A DNA stretch of 64,000 bases from Verrucomicrobiaceae bacterium. GTDB taxonomy: Bacteria; Verrucomicrobiota; Verrucomicrobiia; Verrucomicrobiales; Akkermansiaceae. The notes below the pieces were generated by a model. That model worked only from the letters and a program-made list of their open reading frames with translations. It was not told the DNA's origin and ran no database searches. Below, piece after piece: positions 29,017 through 39,452 of the stretch (positions within the stretch are counted from its first letter, which is position 1; each line of letters begins with the position of its first letter). The stretch covers positions 128,001-192,000 of the forward strand of contig JBPOGH010000001.1 in assembly GCA_051252135.1 (NCBI GenBank), read 5' to 3'. A program made the position numbers and the translations under genes.

Positions 29017-30123
29017 TTAGTCACTGAACCTTGTTTTTCGTCTGTATCGTTGACCTGGCAGGGCGGTGATTAAGGCGCGAAGTTCCATCTTCATGAGTGA
29101 GATGGAAACGGTGGCGATCGGGAGTCCGGTTGCTTCGACCAAGTCATCAACCCCGTGTTCATCCCTGCCTAAAGCGGTCAGGATTTTACTCTCCTCTTCG
29201 TTGACTTCGGGAGGTGGCGTTGTTGCTTCTTCGGGTGACTCATTGAGGTTGAGGTATTGGAAGTCTTCCAAAATCTGGGAGCCATCGGTGACCAGTGTCG
29301 CACCTTCGCGAATCAAGTCATGGCAACCTCCGGATGTCGGGCGGTCGATGGGGCCGGGAACGGCATAGACTTGTCGTCCCGCTTCGTTGGCCAAATTGGC
29401 TGTGATCAATGATCCGGAGCGGGAGGGGCACTCGACGACCAGGGTGCCATCGGTCCAGTGGGCGACAATACGGTTGCGTTGTGGAAAGGTTTTTTTATCG
29501 GGAGGCATTTGAAGGGGGAACTCGGAAACGACGGCTCCATGACCGGCGGCGATCTTTTCCGCGAGGCCAAGATTTTCAGGTGGGTAGAGCTGCATTAATC
29601 CCGAACCAATCACTGCGATGGTGCGACCCTTGGCAGCCAAGGCTCCTTCGTGGGCACAAGTGTCGATCCCCCGGGCGAGGCCCGAGGTGATCGTGACTCC
29701 AGCCTGAGCCAGTTGGAACGCGAATTTTCTGGCTGACTCCTTACCATAGTGGGTGGCTCTGCGAGATCCTACGATGGCGATGCCGTGATCGTCGCGTGGT
29801 TTTAAGTCACCCCAAACATAGAGGATGACTGGAGCATCATGTGACTCGAGGAGTCGCTTCGGGTACTCGATATCATCGCGAGTGAGGATCTTAATGTCCC
29901 GTTCCCTAGCCAGATTGATCTCTGCGGTAGGGTCGGCATGAGATTCCCAATCGACAATGAGCTTTGCCGATTCGGGGCCAATTCCAGGAATTGTCTGCAA
30001 CACAGAAAGCGGTGATTTGAGCACCATCATTGCCGAACCACAGGCATCGACCAGCCTTCCGGTTTTTACCGGTCCAATTTTAGGGAGCTGATTCAGGGCA
30101 ATGAGCGCTTCGGCTTCTGTCAT
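29017..30123 (-). CDS. dprA: DNA-processing protein DprA
   Basis: AIVGSR, SGLARGID, FPQRNRI, SGSLITA and C-terminal winged helix. Confidence 0.95.
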   Translation of the reverse strand: MTEAEALIALNQLPKIGPVKTGRLVDACGSAMMVLKSPLSVLQTIPGIGPESAKLIVDWESHADPTAEINLARERDIKILTRDDIEYPKRLLESHDAPVILYVWGDLKPRDDHGIAIVGSRRATHYGKESARKFAFQLAQAGVTITSGLARGIDTCAHEGALAAKGRTIAVIGSGLMQLYPPENLGLAEKIAAGHGAVVSEFPLQMPPDKKTFPQRNRIVAHWTDGTLVVECPSRSGSLITANLANEAGRQVYAVPGPIDRPTSGGCHDLIREGATLVTDGSQILEDFQYLNLNESPEEATTPPPEVNEEESKILTALGRDEHGVDDLVEATGLPIATVSISLMKMELRALITALPGQRYRRKTRFSD

Positions 30124-30272
30124 CTTGAGGAGACTAACAAAACCCTGCCAAATGATGGAAGGCGGGAGGTGGAGGAAAAAAGTGAAATTTCCTCTGCTTT
30201 TTCCCTTGTCATGAGCGAGCGATCGTTGCATTTTCCGCCCGCCTCGCAAGGGGTAACATTATTCCATTAGAA

Positions 30273-30347
30273 TCCTGCGTAGCTCAGCGGTAGAGCGGGT
30301 GACTGTTAATCACTAGGTCCTTGGTTCGATCCCAAGCGCAGGAGCCA
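30273..30347 (+). tRNA. tRNA-Asn (GTT)
   Basis: Cloverleaf with TCCTGCG/CGCAGGA acceptor, CTGTTAA anticodon loop, GGTTCGATCC T-arm and encoded CCA. Confidence 0.97.
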
Positions 30348-30350
30348 TAT

Positions 30351-30391
30351 GAAAGCCCTAATTCCACCATGGATTAGGGCTTTCGCCTTTT
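30351..30391 (+). terminator. Terminator after tRNA-Asn
   Basis: GAAAGCCCTAAT...ATTAGGGCTTTC stem. Confidence 0.8.
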
Positions 30392-30489
30392 AAGGAATGG
30401 AGATTTGGAGCCGGATGGTGTCGGATTTGCGATAGTCAGGCTGTCCAGCCTTCTTCCTTTCCGAGGATGGAGCGGGCTGAGGGGGTGGG

Positions 30490-30855
30490 TCACTCTGAGA
30501 CCCAAAGGCGGAGAAACCTGGGGCCCTTCGTGGAGTTCTCCCACATTGACTGGCGATCTCGAATGGTGAGGGTTTCTGTCTGGGCGCCGTGATTTCAGGT
30601 CGACCTGACTCGAATCAAAGGACGGGTTTTCCAGTTCTTAAGGTCGTCCGATTCCTTAAGAGCAAATTGAAGCGTTGTATTGGTGATACGTTCGAAGGTG
30701 AGGGTCTGGTAGGGCTGTGTCGCTCCCCCGACTTCAAGCAATTCTATTGCTACTGTAACGAGGGGATTTGATTGGGTCTCCCGGGGAGTGGTTCCCAATC
30801 CGAATTCGAGAAGATTGACGTATCGTTCCCGGAGAGGTGTTTCAATGGGAGTGGA
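30490..30855 (-). pseudogene. Relic C-terminal domain of a secreted protein, interrupted by an in-frame TGA
   Basis: Translates as NLLEFGLGTTP...LTFER...ESDDLKNW...ST*NHGAQTETLTIRD...PRFLRLWVSE*. Internal TGA at 30595-30597; no convincing start. Confidence 0.6.
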
Positions 30856-32280
30856 TCACCTTGCGGCGTGTCCTTTGAAGCCAAGGGTTGGATCGATGAC
30901 TCTTCCGGTAAGGTCTGGGGAACTGGCATCTTTGGCTAAGGAGATGAGTTCCTTTAGAATGTCCGGATAGGCTTTGGCGACGTTGATCGACTCGGTGATG
31001 TCCTTTGATAAATCAAAAAGCTCGGGATTGCTCCGATCCTTATTGGCAATGAGCTTCCAGTGGTCTTTGCGGATCGCGATTTTCTTCCCGAATTCCCAGT
31101 AGAGGAAATCATGTTCTTCTTGTTCTCCTTTACCAAGGAGGGCAGGAAGGAATGAGATGCCATCAATATTTGGAGGTAGGGAGCTCCCGGAGATATTGGC
31201 CAAGGTGGGCATGACATCAGGGAAGTAGCCGAGGTGATCTGAGGTGGTTCCCGGAGCGATCATCCCAGGCCAGCGGACCATGAAGGGGACACGGAGTCCA
31301 CCTTCATTGAGATTGCCTTTTCCACCACGGAAGACTTCTCCGCTAGCTGGGTTGGTATTGGGTTTGAAAAAGCCGTTGGGGTGTTTTTTGTCCAAGAAGA
31401 CCTTGGTGTTGGCCCCATTGTCGCCGCAGAGGAATACGATGGTGTTGTCGTCCACCCCAAGGTTCTTGAGGAGTTTTAAGATATCGCCGATTTGCCGATC
31501 AGCCATGTCTACAAAGGCGGCATAACGTTGGGCTTCATCGGGTGGAGCGACTTTTCCCTTGTGGTGTTGGGGTGCCTTCCAGTCGTTACCTTTAAACTTG
31601 AGGTATGAAGGGTCGTCTTCCGGGATGCCATAGTAAGCGTGTGGAATGGTGTAGGGGAGGTAGGCGAAAAAAGGCTCTTTCCCGGCGTGTTCTCTGATAA
31701 ATTCCTGAGCCTTTTCGTGAATCAACGACTGGGCAAAGGTCTCCCCTTTGAAGGGATGACCGGAGTTACCGGGAAGGGGGATTTTGTCCCCGTTATGGAC
31801 AAGATAATTGGGATAATAGGTGTGGGCGTGAACCTGGTGGTAGTAGCCAAAGAATTGATCGAAGCCCTGTTGTTCGGCCGCGCCGGTAGTGCCGCGGTCT
31901 CCGAGGCCCCACTTTCCGAAGCCTCCGGTGGCGTAACCCGCGACCTTGAGCATCTCTGCGATCGTGAAGTCCTCATCACGGAGTGGTTCGGTACCGCCAT
32001 TGGCACGAACGGTGGTGTGGCCGGTGTGTTGACCGGTCATGAGGGTGCTACGGGTGGGGGCGCAAACCGGAGCGCCGGCAAGCATCCGGGTGAAACGCAC
32101 TCCTTCTGCGGCAAGCCGGTCGATATTCGGGGTTTTATGAATATGATGACCGGCGCCACTCCATTCGAAGTAGCCCCATTCATCGAGCATGATATAGACG
32201 ATGTTCGGCTTTGTTTTATCAGCGAAACCAGCGAAAGGACTGAGAAGAAAAATCAAGGTGATAAATCGAGCACACTTCAT
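30856..32280 (-). CDS. Arylsulfatase (formylglycine-dependent, Cys type)
   Basis: Signal peptide; KPNIV, CAPTRSTLMTG, GKWGLG, DNG and EGGLRVP. Confidence 0.94.
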   Translation of the reverse strand: MKCARFITLIFLLSPFAGFADKTKPNIVYIMLDEWGYFEWSGAGHHIHKTPNIDRLAAEGVRFTRMLAGAPVCAPTRSTLMTGQHTGHTTVRANGGTEPLRDEDFTIAEMLKVAGYATGGFGKWGLGDRGTTGAAEQQGFDQFFGYYHQVHAHTYYPNYLVHNGDKIPLPGNSGHPFKGETFAQSLIHEKAQEFIREHAGKEPFFAYLPYTIPHAYYGIPEDDPSYLKFKGNDWKAPQHHKGKVAPPDEAQRYAAFVDMADRQIGDILKLLKNLGVDDNTIVFLCGDNGANTKVFLDKKHPNGFFKPNTNPASGEVFRGGKGNLNEGGLRVPFMVRWPGMIAPGTTSDHLGYFPDVMPTLANISGSSLPPNIDGISFLPALLGKGEQEEHDFLYWEFGKKIAIRKDHWKLIANKDRSNPELFDLSKDITESINVAKAYPDILKELISLAKDASSPDLTGRVIDPTLGFKGHAAR

Positions 32281-32340
32281 TGCGAAAGGCTCTCACTCAT
32301 TCAATAGTGCGGCGAGAGAAAGAATGAGGAATGTGGGCAA

Positions 32341-33117
32341 CTAGAGGAGCTCCTGTTTGGTGAGGATGACACGGACGCTCCCCACGTAAACCTTGGCGCT
32401 GATTTCGATGGGAATTCGATGAACGTCATCACTGAGCCAAACGGTGGCGGATTTGAGCTTCTTGTATTCCTTGAGTTTCATATCGTCTCCGATTTTCTCC
32501 ATCGAAATGTCGAGCTTGATGCACTTGCGGCCGAGGTGAGTCTCGCGACCGAGGACTTTGACGCGTGCGAGGTAAGGGGATGCGACAGGATGAAAGGGCA
32601 TGACGATTTTTTCGCCATTGTTTAGAGGGAGGCTTCGAATTTGGAGGAGGCCGCTGAAGAGGTCCAACGAGTTGGGGTAGTCGAAGGTTTCCCTGACGGT
32701 GTTTGATTGGCCATTTTTGGTCTTCGTTTCACTTCCGGAGACGTTTTTGGAGGTGAAGCGATATTGTTGCTTGGTTAGCTTATCGCGCTCTTTTTCAGAG
32801 CCAACGAACATGATGGGCCGCAAGGTTTTGGGATTTAGGAAACCAATGTAGTTGAATTGAAAAGGAAAGAGAGCGTGAGCCCAACCGGTGCTTCCACCGT
32901 ATCCTTGGGCGATGAAGTGTTTGGGATATTTGGGATCCTTCTTGCCGAAGATGACATCCATTGTCCCGGCTTTCAGTTTTCCGTCCCAAGACAGCTCGTA
33001 GGAGAGATGTGTGGGTTGAATCTTGCGTAGCGCACCGTCGCCGGGAATGTTAACTTCCTTCTGCCAAGCAAACGCAGGAAGTGCGCAGAGGAGTAAAAAG
33101 GTGAGGATTCTCGTCAT
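32341..33117 (-). CDS. DUF3108 domain secreted protein
   Basis: Signal peptide; LSYELSW..LKAG; C-terminal VWLSDD.HRIP..I...VYVGSV. Confidence 0.8.
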   Translation of the reverse strand: MTRILTFLLLCALPAFAWQKEVNIPGDGALRKIQPTHLSYELSWDGKLKAGTMDVIFGKKDPKYPKHFIAQGYGGSTGWAHALFPFQFNYIGFLNPKTLRPIMFVGSEKERDKLTKQQYRFTSKNVSGSETKTKNGQSNTVRETFDYPNSLDLFSGLLQIRSLPLNNGEKIVMPFHPVASPYLARVKVLGRETHLGRKCIKLDISMEKIGDDMKLKEYKKLKSATVWLSDDVHRIPIEISAKVYVGSVRVILTKQELL

Positions 33118-33229
33118 AATTAACTTACTTCATTAACGTCGCTGACCCCTGTATTATTCACGATTAGGCAAAATGGGAGGGAAAAGGCGTGACGGGAAGA
33201 GGTGGGGAGCTAAAACCAAGTCCTCACCT

Positions 33230-34222
33230 ATGGCGAGCAAGGTCACTTACCAAGATGCGGGTGTCGACACCCGAGCCGCTGCCGCGCTGGTCGGCGATAT
33301 CAAGTCGGATGTCGCGCGAACTCAAAAACAGCGCCAACTCTACAACGCGTTTGGCCTTTTTGCCGCCGCCTTTGATCTGAGCGATTATAAGGAACCGGTC
33401 ATTGTGACCGGTTGCGACGGTGTCGGGACCAAAGTCGAACTCCTTCTGGAGCATGGAATGGAGGCCGAGGCAGGCAAGGACCTGATCGCGATGTCGGTGA
33501 ATGACATCATTACGACCGGAGGAGATCCATTGTTGTTCCTGGATTACATTGGTATAGCGAAATTGGACCCGCCGCGGATCAAAAAATTGATTTCGGGAAT
33601 GTGTGATTATCTTGAGGATTGCGGCTGTATTCTGGCTGGTGGCGAAACGGCTGAAATGCCGGGGATCGTTCCTCCTGATGTGGTGGAGCTTTCCGGTTTC
33701 TGCATCGGAGCGGTTGAAAAAAGCCAGATGATTGATCCTACAACGGTGCAGAAAGGCGACGTTTTCGTCGGCTACGCTTCGGACGGGTTCCACGCAAATG
33801 GCTGGAGTTTGGTGCGGCGGCTCTTTGCGGAGCACGGTGATGAGTTTTCGGATGAAGAAGTGAGGGCGATGCTGGCACCTACCCGGCTTTATCACGATGC
33901 GGTCAATGGACTGCGTGAAAAGAAGGTGGACGTGAGGGCGTTTGCACACATCACCGGCGGTGGTCTTCCCGAGAACCTTGAGCGCCTTTTCCGGGGATTG
34001 GGCGGGGATTTGGAGATTCCTTATTGGGAGAATGATCCGATTCAGAAGCTATTGGCCCATACCGATCCCGAGGATCGTTTTCATACCTTCAATATGGGGG
34101 TGGGCTGGGTTGCTATCGTGCCTGCCGACCAAGTTGATGCGGCCTGCGAGGCGGGTCCCGGAGGTTTCGTCATCGGCGAGGTCCGTGAGGGAGATGGCAT
34201 CACGGTAAACGTTCGATCCTGA
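33230..34222 (+). CDS. purM: Phosphoribosylformylglycinamidine cyclo-ligase
   Basis: TYQDAGVD, DGVGTK, GGETAEMP, HITGGG, TFNMGVG. Confidence 0.96.
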   Translation: MASKVTYQDAGVDTRAAAALVGDIKSDVARTQKQRQLYNAFGLFAAAFDLSDYKEPVIVTGCDGVGTKVELLLEHGMEAEAGKDLIAMSVNDIITTGGDPLLFLDYIGIAKLDPPRIKKLISGMCDYLEDCGCILAGGETAEMPGIVPPDVVELSGFCIGAVEKSQMIDPTTVQKGDVFVGYASDGFHANGWSLVRRLFAEHGDEFSDEEVRAMLAPTRLYHDAVNGLREKKVDVRAFAHITGGGLPENLERLFRGLGGDLEIPYWENDPIQKLLAHTDPEDRFHTFNMGVGWVAIVPADQVDAACEAGPGGFVIGEVREGDGITVNVRS

Positions 34223-34232
34223 TAATTTCTCC

Positions 34233-36161
34233 ATGAGTGACCCTCTGAAACACGAATGCGGTATCGCGGTAGTTCGGCTCAAAAAGCCTCTCGCGTATTT
34301 CCAAGACCGCTACGGCTCGGCGCTGTGGGGTTTTAACAAATTGTTTCTCCTGATGGAGAAGCAACATAATCGCGGTCAGGATGGTGTCGGGATTGGTTGC
34401 CACAAGATTGGGATGCCGGCAGGGCAGCCGTATATTTTTCGTCGGCGGGATTCGAAGAAAGACTCGTTGGCCAAGCTCTTTCGAACCGAGCTTAAGGATT
34501 TGGAGAAGATGCGCCGCAAGGGGCTAATTAATCCAGATGATCCGGAAGAGTTGAGGAGTAAGTTTGACTTTGCGGGTGATACCTACGTGGGCCATTTGCG
34601 CTATGGAACTTCGGGGGAGTTTGATTCGGGTTCCTGCCATCCGTATTTGCGGCGGAGCAACTGGCCGACAAGAACCCTGATGGTGATGGGGAATTTCAAC
34701 ATGACCAACACCGGGCAGTTGAATCAACGGATGATGGACCGTGGTCAGCATCCGGTGCTCGGCACCGACACGCAGACCGTATTGGAGGAAATTGGATTTC
34801 ACCTCGATGAGGCTCATACCGATATTTATCATGAGCTGCGTGATCAAGGTGTGCCGGGGGATCAAACGGCTGCTCTGATTTCAGAGCGTCTAAACACGGG
34901 GCATATTGTATCGGAGTCCGCAGAGGGTTGGGATGGTGGATATTGCATCACCGGGGTGGTCGGAAACGGAGATTTGTTTGTGATGCGGGATCCCCACGGG
35001 ATTCGTCCTTGTCATTATCTGGAGACAGATGAGTTTATTGCTTTTGCGTCGGAGCGTGTACCGTTGATGACGGTGTTTGAGGCCGCCCAGGACGAGGTGA
35101 AGGCGCTGGAGCCGGGGACGGTGATGACGGTGAAACACAGTGGTGAGACCGGCAGCGAACGCTTCGCGCCCAAATGCGACTATACCCCTTGTTCGTTTGA
35201 AAAGATCTACTTTTCGAGGGGGAACGATCCTACCATTTACAAGGAACGAAAGGCGATGGGAGCGGCGTTGGTCGAACAGATCGTCGATTCGATCAAATGT
35301 GACTTCGAGCATGCGGTTTTCTCCTTTGTGCCGAATACGGCTGAGACCGCGTATTACGGTCTCATGGATGGCCTGAGATTACATCGGAGGAAAGAGGTGA
35401 AGTCGGCAATCATGGAGGCTGCCGGAAGGGGTGAGTTGAGTGAAAAGACACTCGATGATCTCATTATGAAGAGTTGGCCAATCGGCGAAAAGATTGCCCA
35501 CAAGGACATCAAGCTTCGGACGTTTATTTCCCAAGAGAGTGGGCGTAATCAGCTGGTTTCCCACGTCTACGATATTTCGTATGGGGTGGTGAAGGACGGG
35601 GACACTTTGGTGGTTCTGGATGATTCGATCGTTAGAGGGACGACGTTGAAGCAGTCAATTCTCAAAATTTTAGCCAGAACCAACCCGGATAAAATCGTAA
35701 TTTGTTCTACCGCTCCGCAGATTCGTTACCCCGATTGCTATGGGATCGACATGTCTGAAATGGGTAAATTTATCGCTTTTCAGGCGACGATCAACCTTCT
35801 TGAGAAGACCGATCAGAATGCGTTGATCGAGGAGGTCTATCAGGATTGCCTGAAGGAGATGGCGAAGCCGGCCAATGAACGTCAAAATGCAGTTAAAAAG
35901 TTGTATTCTCCTTTCAGTGCCGAGGAGATTTCAAAGGAGATTTCCAGGATTGTGTATCCTGAAGACATCGACTGGCATGGTGAGGTAGAGGTTATCTATC
36001 TAACCGTTGAGAAGCTTCTTGGTGCGATCGATGGGCCCTCGGGCGATTGGTATTTTACCGGCGATTATCCTACGCCTGGAGGGATTGCGGTAGTGAACAG
36101 TGCCTTCATGCACTGGCGTGAAGGAAAGGCAGGTCGAAGCTACGATCATTTGCCTCTTTAG
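34233..36161 (+). CDS. purF: Amidophosphoribosyltransferase (long form)
   Basis: HECG, HNRGQD, GHLRYGT, RDPHGIRP and DDSIVRGTT; follows purM. Confidence 0.92.
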   Translation: MSDPLKHECGIAVVRLKKPLAYFQDRYGSALWGFNKLFLLMEKQHNRGQDGVGIGCHKIGMPAGQPYIFRRRDSKKDSLAKLFRTELKDLEKMRRKGLINPDDPEELRSKFDFAGDTYVGHLRYGTSGEFDSGSCHPYLRRSNWPTRTLMVMGNFNMTNTGQLNQRMMDRGQHPVLGTDTQTVLEEIGFHLDEAHTDIYHELRDQGVPGDQTAALISERLNTGHIVSESAEGWDGGYCITGVVGNGDLFVMRDPHGIRPCHYLETDEFIAFASERVPLMTVFEAAQDEVKALEPGTVMTVKHSGETGSERFAPKCDYTPCSFEKIYFSRGNDPTIYKERKAMGAALVEQIVDSIKCDFEHAVFSFVPNTAETAYYGLMDGLRLHRRKEVKSAIMEAAGRGELSEKTLDDLIMKSWPIGEKIAHKDIKLRTFISQESGRNQLVSHVYDISYGVVKDGDTLVVLDDSIVRGTTLKQSILKILARTNPDKIVICSTAPQIRYPDCYGIDMSEMGKFIAFQATINLLEKTDQNALIEEVYQDCLKEMAKPANERQNAVKKLYSPFSAEEISKEISRIVYPEDIDWHGEVEVIYLTVEKLLGAIDGPSGDWYFTGDYPTPGGIAVVNSAFMHWREGKAGRSYDHLPL

Positions 36162-36922
36162 AGGTCTATTTCGAGAGTGACAGGGCAGTGGTCCGAGCCC
36201 AGGACATCGTCATTGATTTGGGCGCTCTGGAGCTTCGGGAGAAGATCTTGAGAGACGCACCAGTAGTCGATTCTCCAGCCGACATTGCGTGCGCGAGCTC
36301 CCCCGCGATAGCTCCACCAGGAGTAGGCTTCGGTTTTGTCGGGGTAAAAGTGACGGAAGGTGTCGATGAAGCCCGCTTCGACAAGTTCCGAAAATCCCGC
36401 CCTTTCTTCGTCGCTGAATCCTGCGCTGAAACGGTTGGTCTTGGGACGCGCGAGATCAATCTCCTGATGAGCAACGTTGAGGTCTCCACTAACGAGAACG
36501 GGTTTTCCCTCGGTTTCGAGGGATTTTAGAAATGATCGGAAAGCGGTATCCCAGTTCATTCGATAGGGAAGTCGCTTCAACCCGTTTTGTGCATTGGGGG
36601 TGTAGACGGTGACGATGAAGTGGGAATCATACTCCAGAGTGATCACCCGACCTTCCCGGTCGTGCTCATCAATCCCAATTCCGAGGCGGACATTCAGCGG
36701 CTCCGTCTTGCAGAATACGGCGGTTCCCGAGTATCCCGCCTTATCTGCGGAATTCCAATAGGTTCTGTAGTGGCCCAGTTCCAGTGGGAGATCGACTTGT
36801 TCTGGGCGGGCTTTGGTCTCCTGAAGGCAAAGGAAATCGGGGTCATGTTCGAGGACGAAATCGGTGAAGTTTTTCTTTAGAACGGCGCGGAGTCCGTTGA
36901 CGTTCCAGGAGATCAATTTCAT
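36158..36922 (-). CDS. xth: Exodeoxyribonuclease III
   Basis: SWNVNGLRA, CLQETK, GDLNVAH, GWRIDY, GSDHCP. Confidence 0.96.
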   Translation of the reverse strand: MKLISWNVNGLRAVLKKNFTDFVLEHDPDFLCLQETKARPEQVDLPLELGHYRTYWNSADKAGYSGTAVFCKTEPLNVRLGIGIDEHDREGRVITLEYDSHFIVTVYTPNAQNGLKRLPYRMNWDTAFRSFLKSLETEGKPVLVSGDLNVAHQEIDLARPKTNRFSAGFSDEERAGFSELVEAGFIDTFRHFYPDKTEAYSWWSYRGGARARNVGWRIDYWCVSQDLLPKLQSAQINDDVLGSDHCPVTLEIDL

Positions 36923-36935
36923 GGGGAAAATGTAG

Positions 36936-36976
36936 AAAGAAAAACAGCCGCGACCCAGAAGGAATCGCGGCTGTTT
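36936..36976 (-). terminator. Terminator after rpsI
   Basis: AAACAGCCGCGA...TCGCGGCTGTTT stem; U-tail on the minus strand. Confidence 0.8.
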
Positions 36977-36996
36977 GAAAAAGTGGCAAGTGCCGA

Positions 36997-37386
36997 TTAG
37001 CGTTTCGAGAACTGGAAGCGCTTGCGGGCTCCAGGCTGGCCGGGCTTCTTACGTTCCTTGGCGCGAGGATCGCGGCGGAGGAGGCCTGCAGCCTTCAAAG
37101 CAGGACGAAGTTCGGCGTCGAATTTCAGAAGAGCGCGGGCGATACCAAGCTTGATGGCATCGGCTTGACCGTTGAGGCCACCACCACGGGTAGAGGCGGT
37201 GATGTCAAACTTGTTACGAAGGTTGACGACTTGAAGGGGCTCCAGAATGGTTCCCTGAAGGATCAGGGTGGGGAGTGCTTCTTCAAATGGCTCGCCGTTG
37301 ATGGTGATATTGCCAGAACCGGGGGTCATGGTAACACGGCCGACGGCAGTTTTACGACGACCTGTTGCAGAGTAGATTTCGCTCAT
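36997..37386 (-). CDS. rpsI: 30S ribosomal protein S9
   Basis: TGRRKTA, GGG..GQA and ERKKPG...RFQFSKR. Confidence 0.98.
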   Translation of the reverse strand: MSEIYSATGRRKTAVGRVTMTPGSGNITINGEPFEEALPTLILQGTILEPLQVVNLRNKFDITASTRGGGLNGQADAIKLGIARALLKFDAELRPALKAAGLLRRDPRAKERKKPGQPGARKRFQFSKR

Positions 37387-37404
37387 TGGGAAAAAGGTAA
37401 AATA

Positions 37405-37833
37405 TTAAAGTTCGACTGGCTGAGGATTTTGGGCCTCGTGGGGATGCTCGGCGCCGGCATAAACTTTCAACTTGGAAAGCTGAGCGTTGCCCAGTCTGTT
37501 GCGAGGAACCATGCCTTTGACGGCCCATTCGACGATGTATTCCGGGCGACGCTTACGAAGCTTGGAAGGAGTCTCAATGGTCTGTCCGCCGATGTAACCG
37601 GAGTGACGGGCGTAGATTTTATGGTTCTCCTTGGTGCCGGAGAAACGAACGTCTGCGGCGTTGATCACGACGACGAAGTCACCGGTATCAATGTGAGGAG
37701 TAAAGATAGGCTTATGCTTTCCACGAAGAAGGCGGGCAGCTTCCACGGCTACATTTCCAAGGATTTGATCCTTGGCATCGATGACGTGCCACTTGCGTTC
37801 GACGTCGGCTGGTTTGGCAGAGAACGTTTTCAT
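37405..37833 (-). CDS. rplM: 50S ribosomal protein L13
   Basis: [23 protein letters not shown] and HPHEAQ. Confidence 0.98.
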   Translation of the reverse strand: MKTFSAKPADVERKWHVIDAKDQILGNVAVEAARLLRGKHKPIFTPHIDTGDFVVVINAADVRFSGTKENHKIYARHSGYIGGQTIETPSKLRKRRPEYIVEWAVKGMVPRNRLGNAQLSKLKVYAGAEHPHEAQNPQPVEL

Positions 37834-37979
37834 TTGCTGAAAATTCCTTAGGTTGCACGGGTTGAAGGCTGAGCAAACTGAAGGGGCGGGGAACCTAGTG
37901 AGACGGTTACGGGGTGTCAACGCAAATATCAAGAATACCGGACTTGTAAAATATCGCCGGGCGAGACACTAATCCCGCC

Positions 37980-39452
37980 GTGCAAGATTTGCTCAAAAAG
38001 CCTCTTTGGAATCAACGCTCTCTCGGGCATCCGCTTCCGGATTCTCCTCATGCGGTGGCAGTTTCACTACCAACGTGGGACTCTGTGATCGGGTATGAGG
38101 AGGGGCGGGAAAAGGTGATCACCAAGTTGGAGACCGGTTATCCCCGTTTTTTCCTTAACCCAATGGTGAAACGGCTTTTTGCAAAGGCAACGGATGAAGT
38201 CGCCGAAAGTGGGAAGCGAGCGATCGTATTTCCGACCAAAGGGGCGGCGCAACGGGCCCAACGATATGTTGAGCGACGGATCAATGTGGCAACGAGGATT
38301 GCGAGTTACGAGGATGGCTTGCAGGCGCTGATCGTTCCTGAAGATGCGATTGGAGTGGCGATGGAGTATTGGAGGCACACCGGCGAGGTGATCAGCAGCC
38401 GCCAGGCAGACGATTTGCTGAACGAGCGTGAAGTGGAGGGGGTCTCAAGTGTGATCTTGCGTCAACAGCTCGCGGAGAGCACTGGAGCGGCGCTGGATGA
38501 TCATTTTGTGTTTGAGAGCGGGATGAGTGCCATTTTCGGAGCATTCCGGGCGGTCATCAACCTGTTCCCAAGTAAAAAGACCTTACAGCTTGAGTTTCCT
38601 TATGTGGACGGTCTTAAGATTCAGGAGAAATTTGGAAATGGCGCCGTTTTTCTTTATGAAACTGAGGGTGAGGATTTTGATGCTGCGGTTCGAAGAATTC
38701 AGGAGGGTGAGTTTGCGGCGGTTTTCTGCGAAATTCCCAGTAATCCTTTGCTGCGAACAGTCAATCTGCCGAGGGTAGCCGAAGCCTGCCAACGGGGAGG
38801 GGTTCCACTTGTGGTTGATGATACGGTAGCAAGCTGCATCAATGTGGATGTTCTGCAATATGCCGATCTGGTGACGACGAGCCTGACGAAGTGGGTGAGC
38901 GGGAAGGGTGATGTGATGGCCGGATTGGTCACGATCAAAGAGGATTCACCGTGGGCGAAGGAGTTTCGTGAGTTTTTGAATACCGAGACGCAAGGCGGAT
39001 CACTGCTCTACAAGGGAGATTGTCAGGCACTTATTTCGAATATGAAGGATTTTGAGGCTCGCGTCCGACGTTCCAATCAGAACGGCGAGATGGTGGCCGA
39101 TTATTTGGCCGAGCACCCGGCGGTCGGTCGGGTTTGGTATCCAAAAATTGTGACTCCCCATGAATATCAAAGTGTCCGGCGCGATAGCGGAGGGTACGGG
39201 GGGCTGGTTTCCTTTACCCTAAAGCAACCCCGAAAGATGCCTCGCGTATATGATGCTTTGGAGCTTTGCAAGGGGCCCAGCCTGGGAACAGATTTTACGC
39301 TGGCGTGTCCCTACACGATGCTGGCGCACTACTTCGAGCTCGACTGGGCTGAAGCCTGTGGTGTTTCGCCCAACTTGCTGCGGTTATCAGTGGGGATCGA
39401 AGAGGGTGATGTGATCATCGGAGCTCTCGCCCGAGCACTCGATTTGGGCTAG
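37980..39452 (+). CDS. PLP-dependent transsulfuration enzyme (cystathionine gamma-synthase-like)
   Basis: GYPRFF, SGMSAI, EIPSNPLL, VDDT, SLTK (PLP lysine), GPSLG and RLSVGIE. Confidence 0.88.
   Translation: MQDLLKKPLWNQRSLGHPLPDSPHAVAVSLPTWDSVIGYEEGREKVITKLETGYPRFFLNPMVKRLFAKATDEVAESGKRAIVFPTKGAAQRAQRYVERRINVATRIASYEDGLQALIVPEDAIGVAMEYWRHTGEVISSRQADDLLNEREVEGVSSVILRQQLAESTGAALDDHFVFESGMSAIFGAFRAVINLFPSKKTLQLEFPYVDGLKIQEKFGNGAVFLYETEGEDFDAAVRRIQEGEFAAVFCEIPSNPLLRTVNLPRVAEACQRGGVPLVVDDTVASCINVDVLQYADLVTTSLTKWVSGKGDVMAGLVTIKEDSPWAKEFREFLNTETQGGSLLYKGDCQALISNMKDFEARVRRSNQNGEMVADYLAEHPAVGRVWYPKIVTPHEYQSVRRDSGGYGGLVSFTLKQPRKMPRVYDALELCKGPSLGTDFTLACPYTMLAHYFELDWAEACGVSPNLLRLSVGIEEGDVIIGALARALDLG

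Noticed and set aside
30595..30858. Selenocysteine or alternative-code reading of the TGA codons
   Set aside because: Many other genes in the window end in TGA, I see no convincing SECIS-like hairpin, and the positions do not look like Cys sites.
30273..32280. Genomic island integrated at tRNA-Asn
   Set aside because: No integrase and no convincing duplication of the tRNA 3' end; only a gene relic is present.
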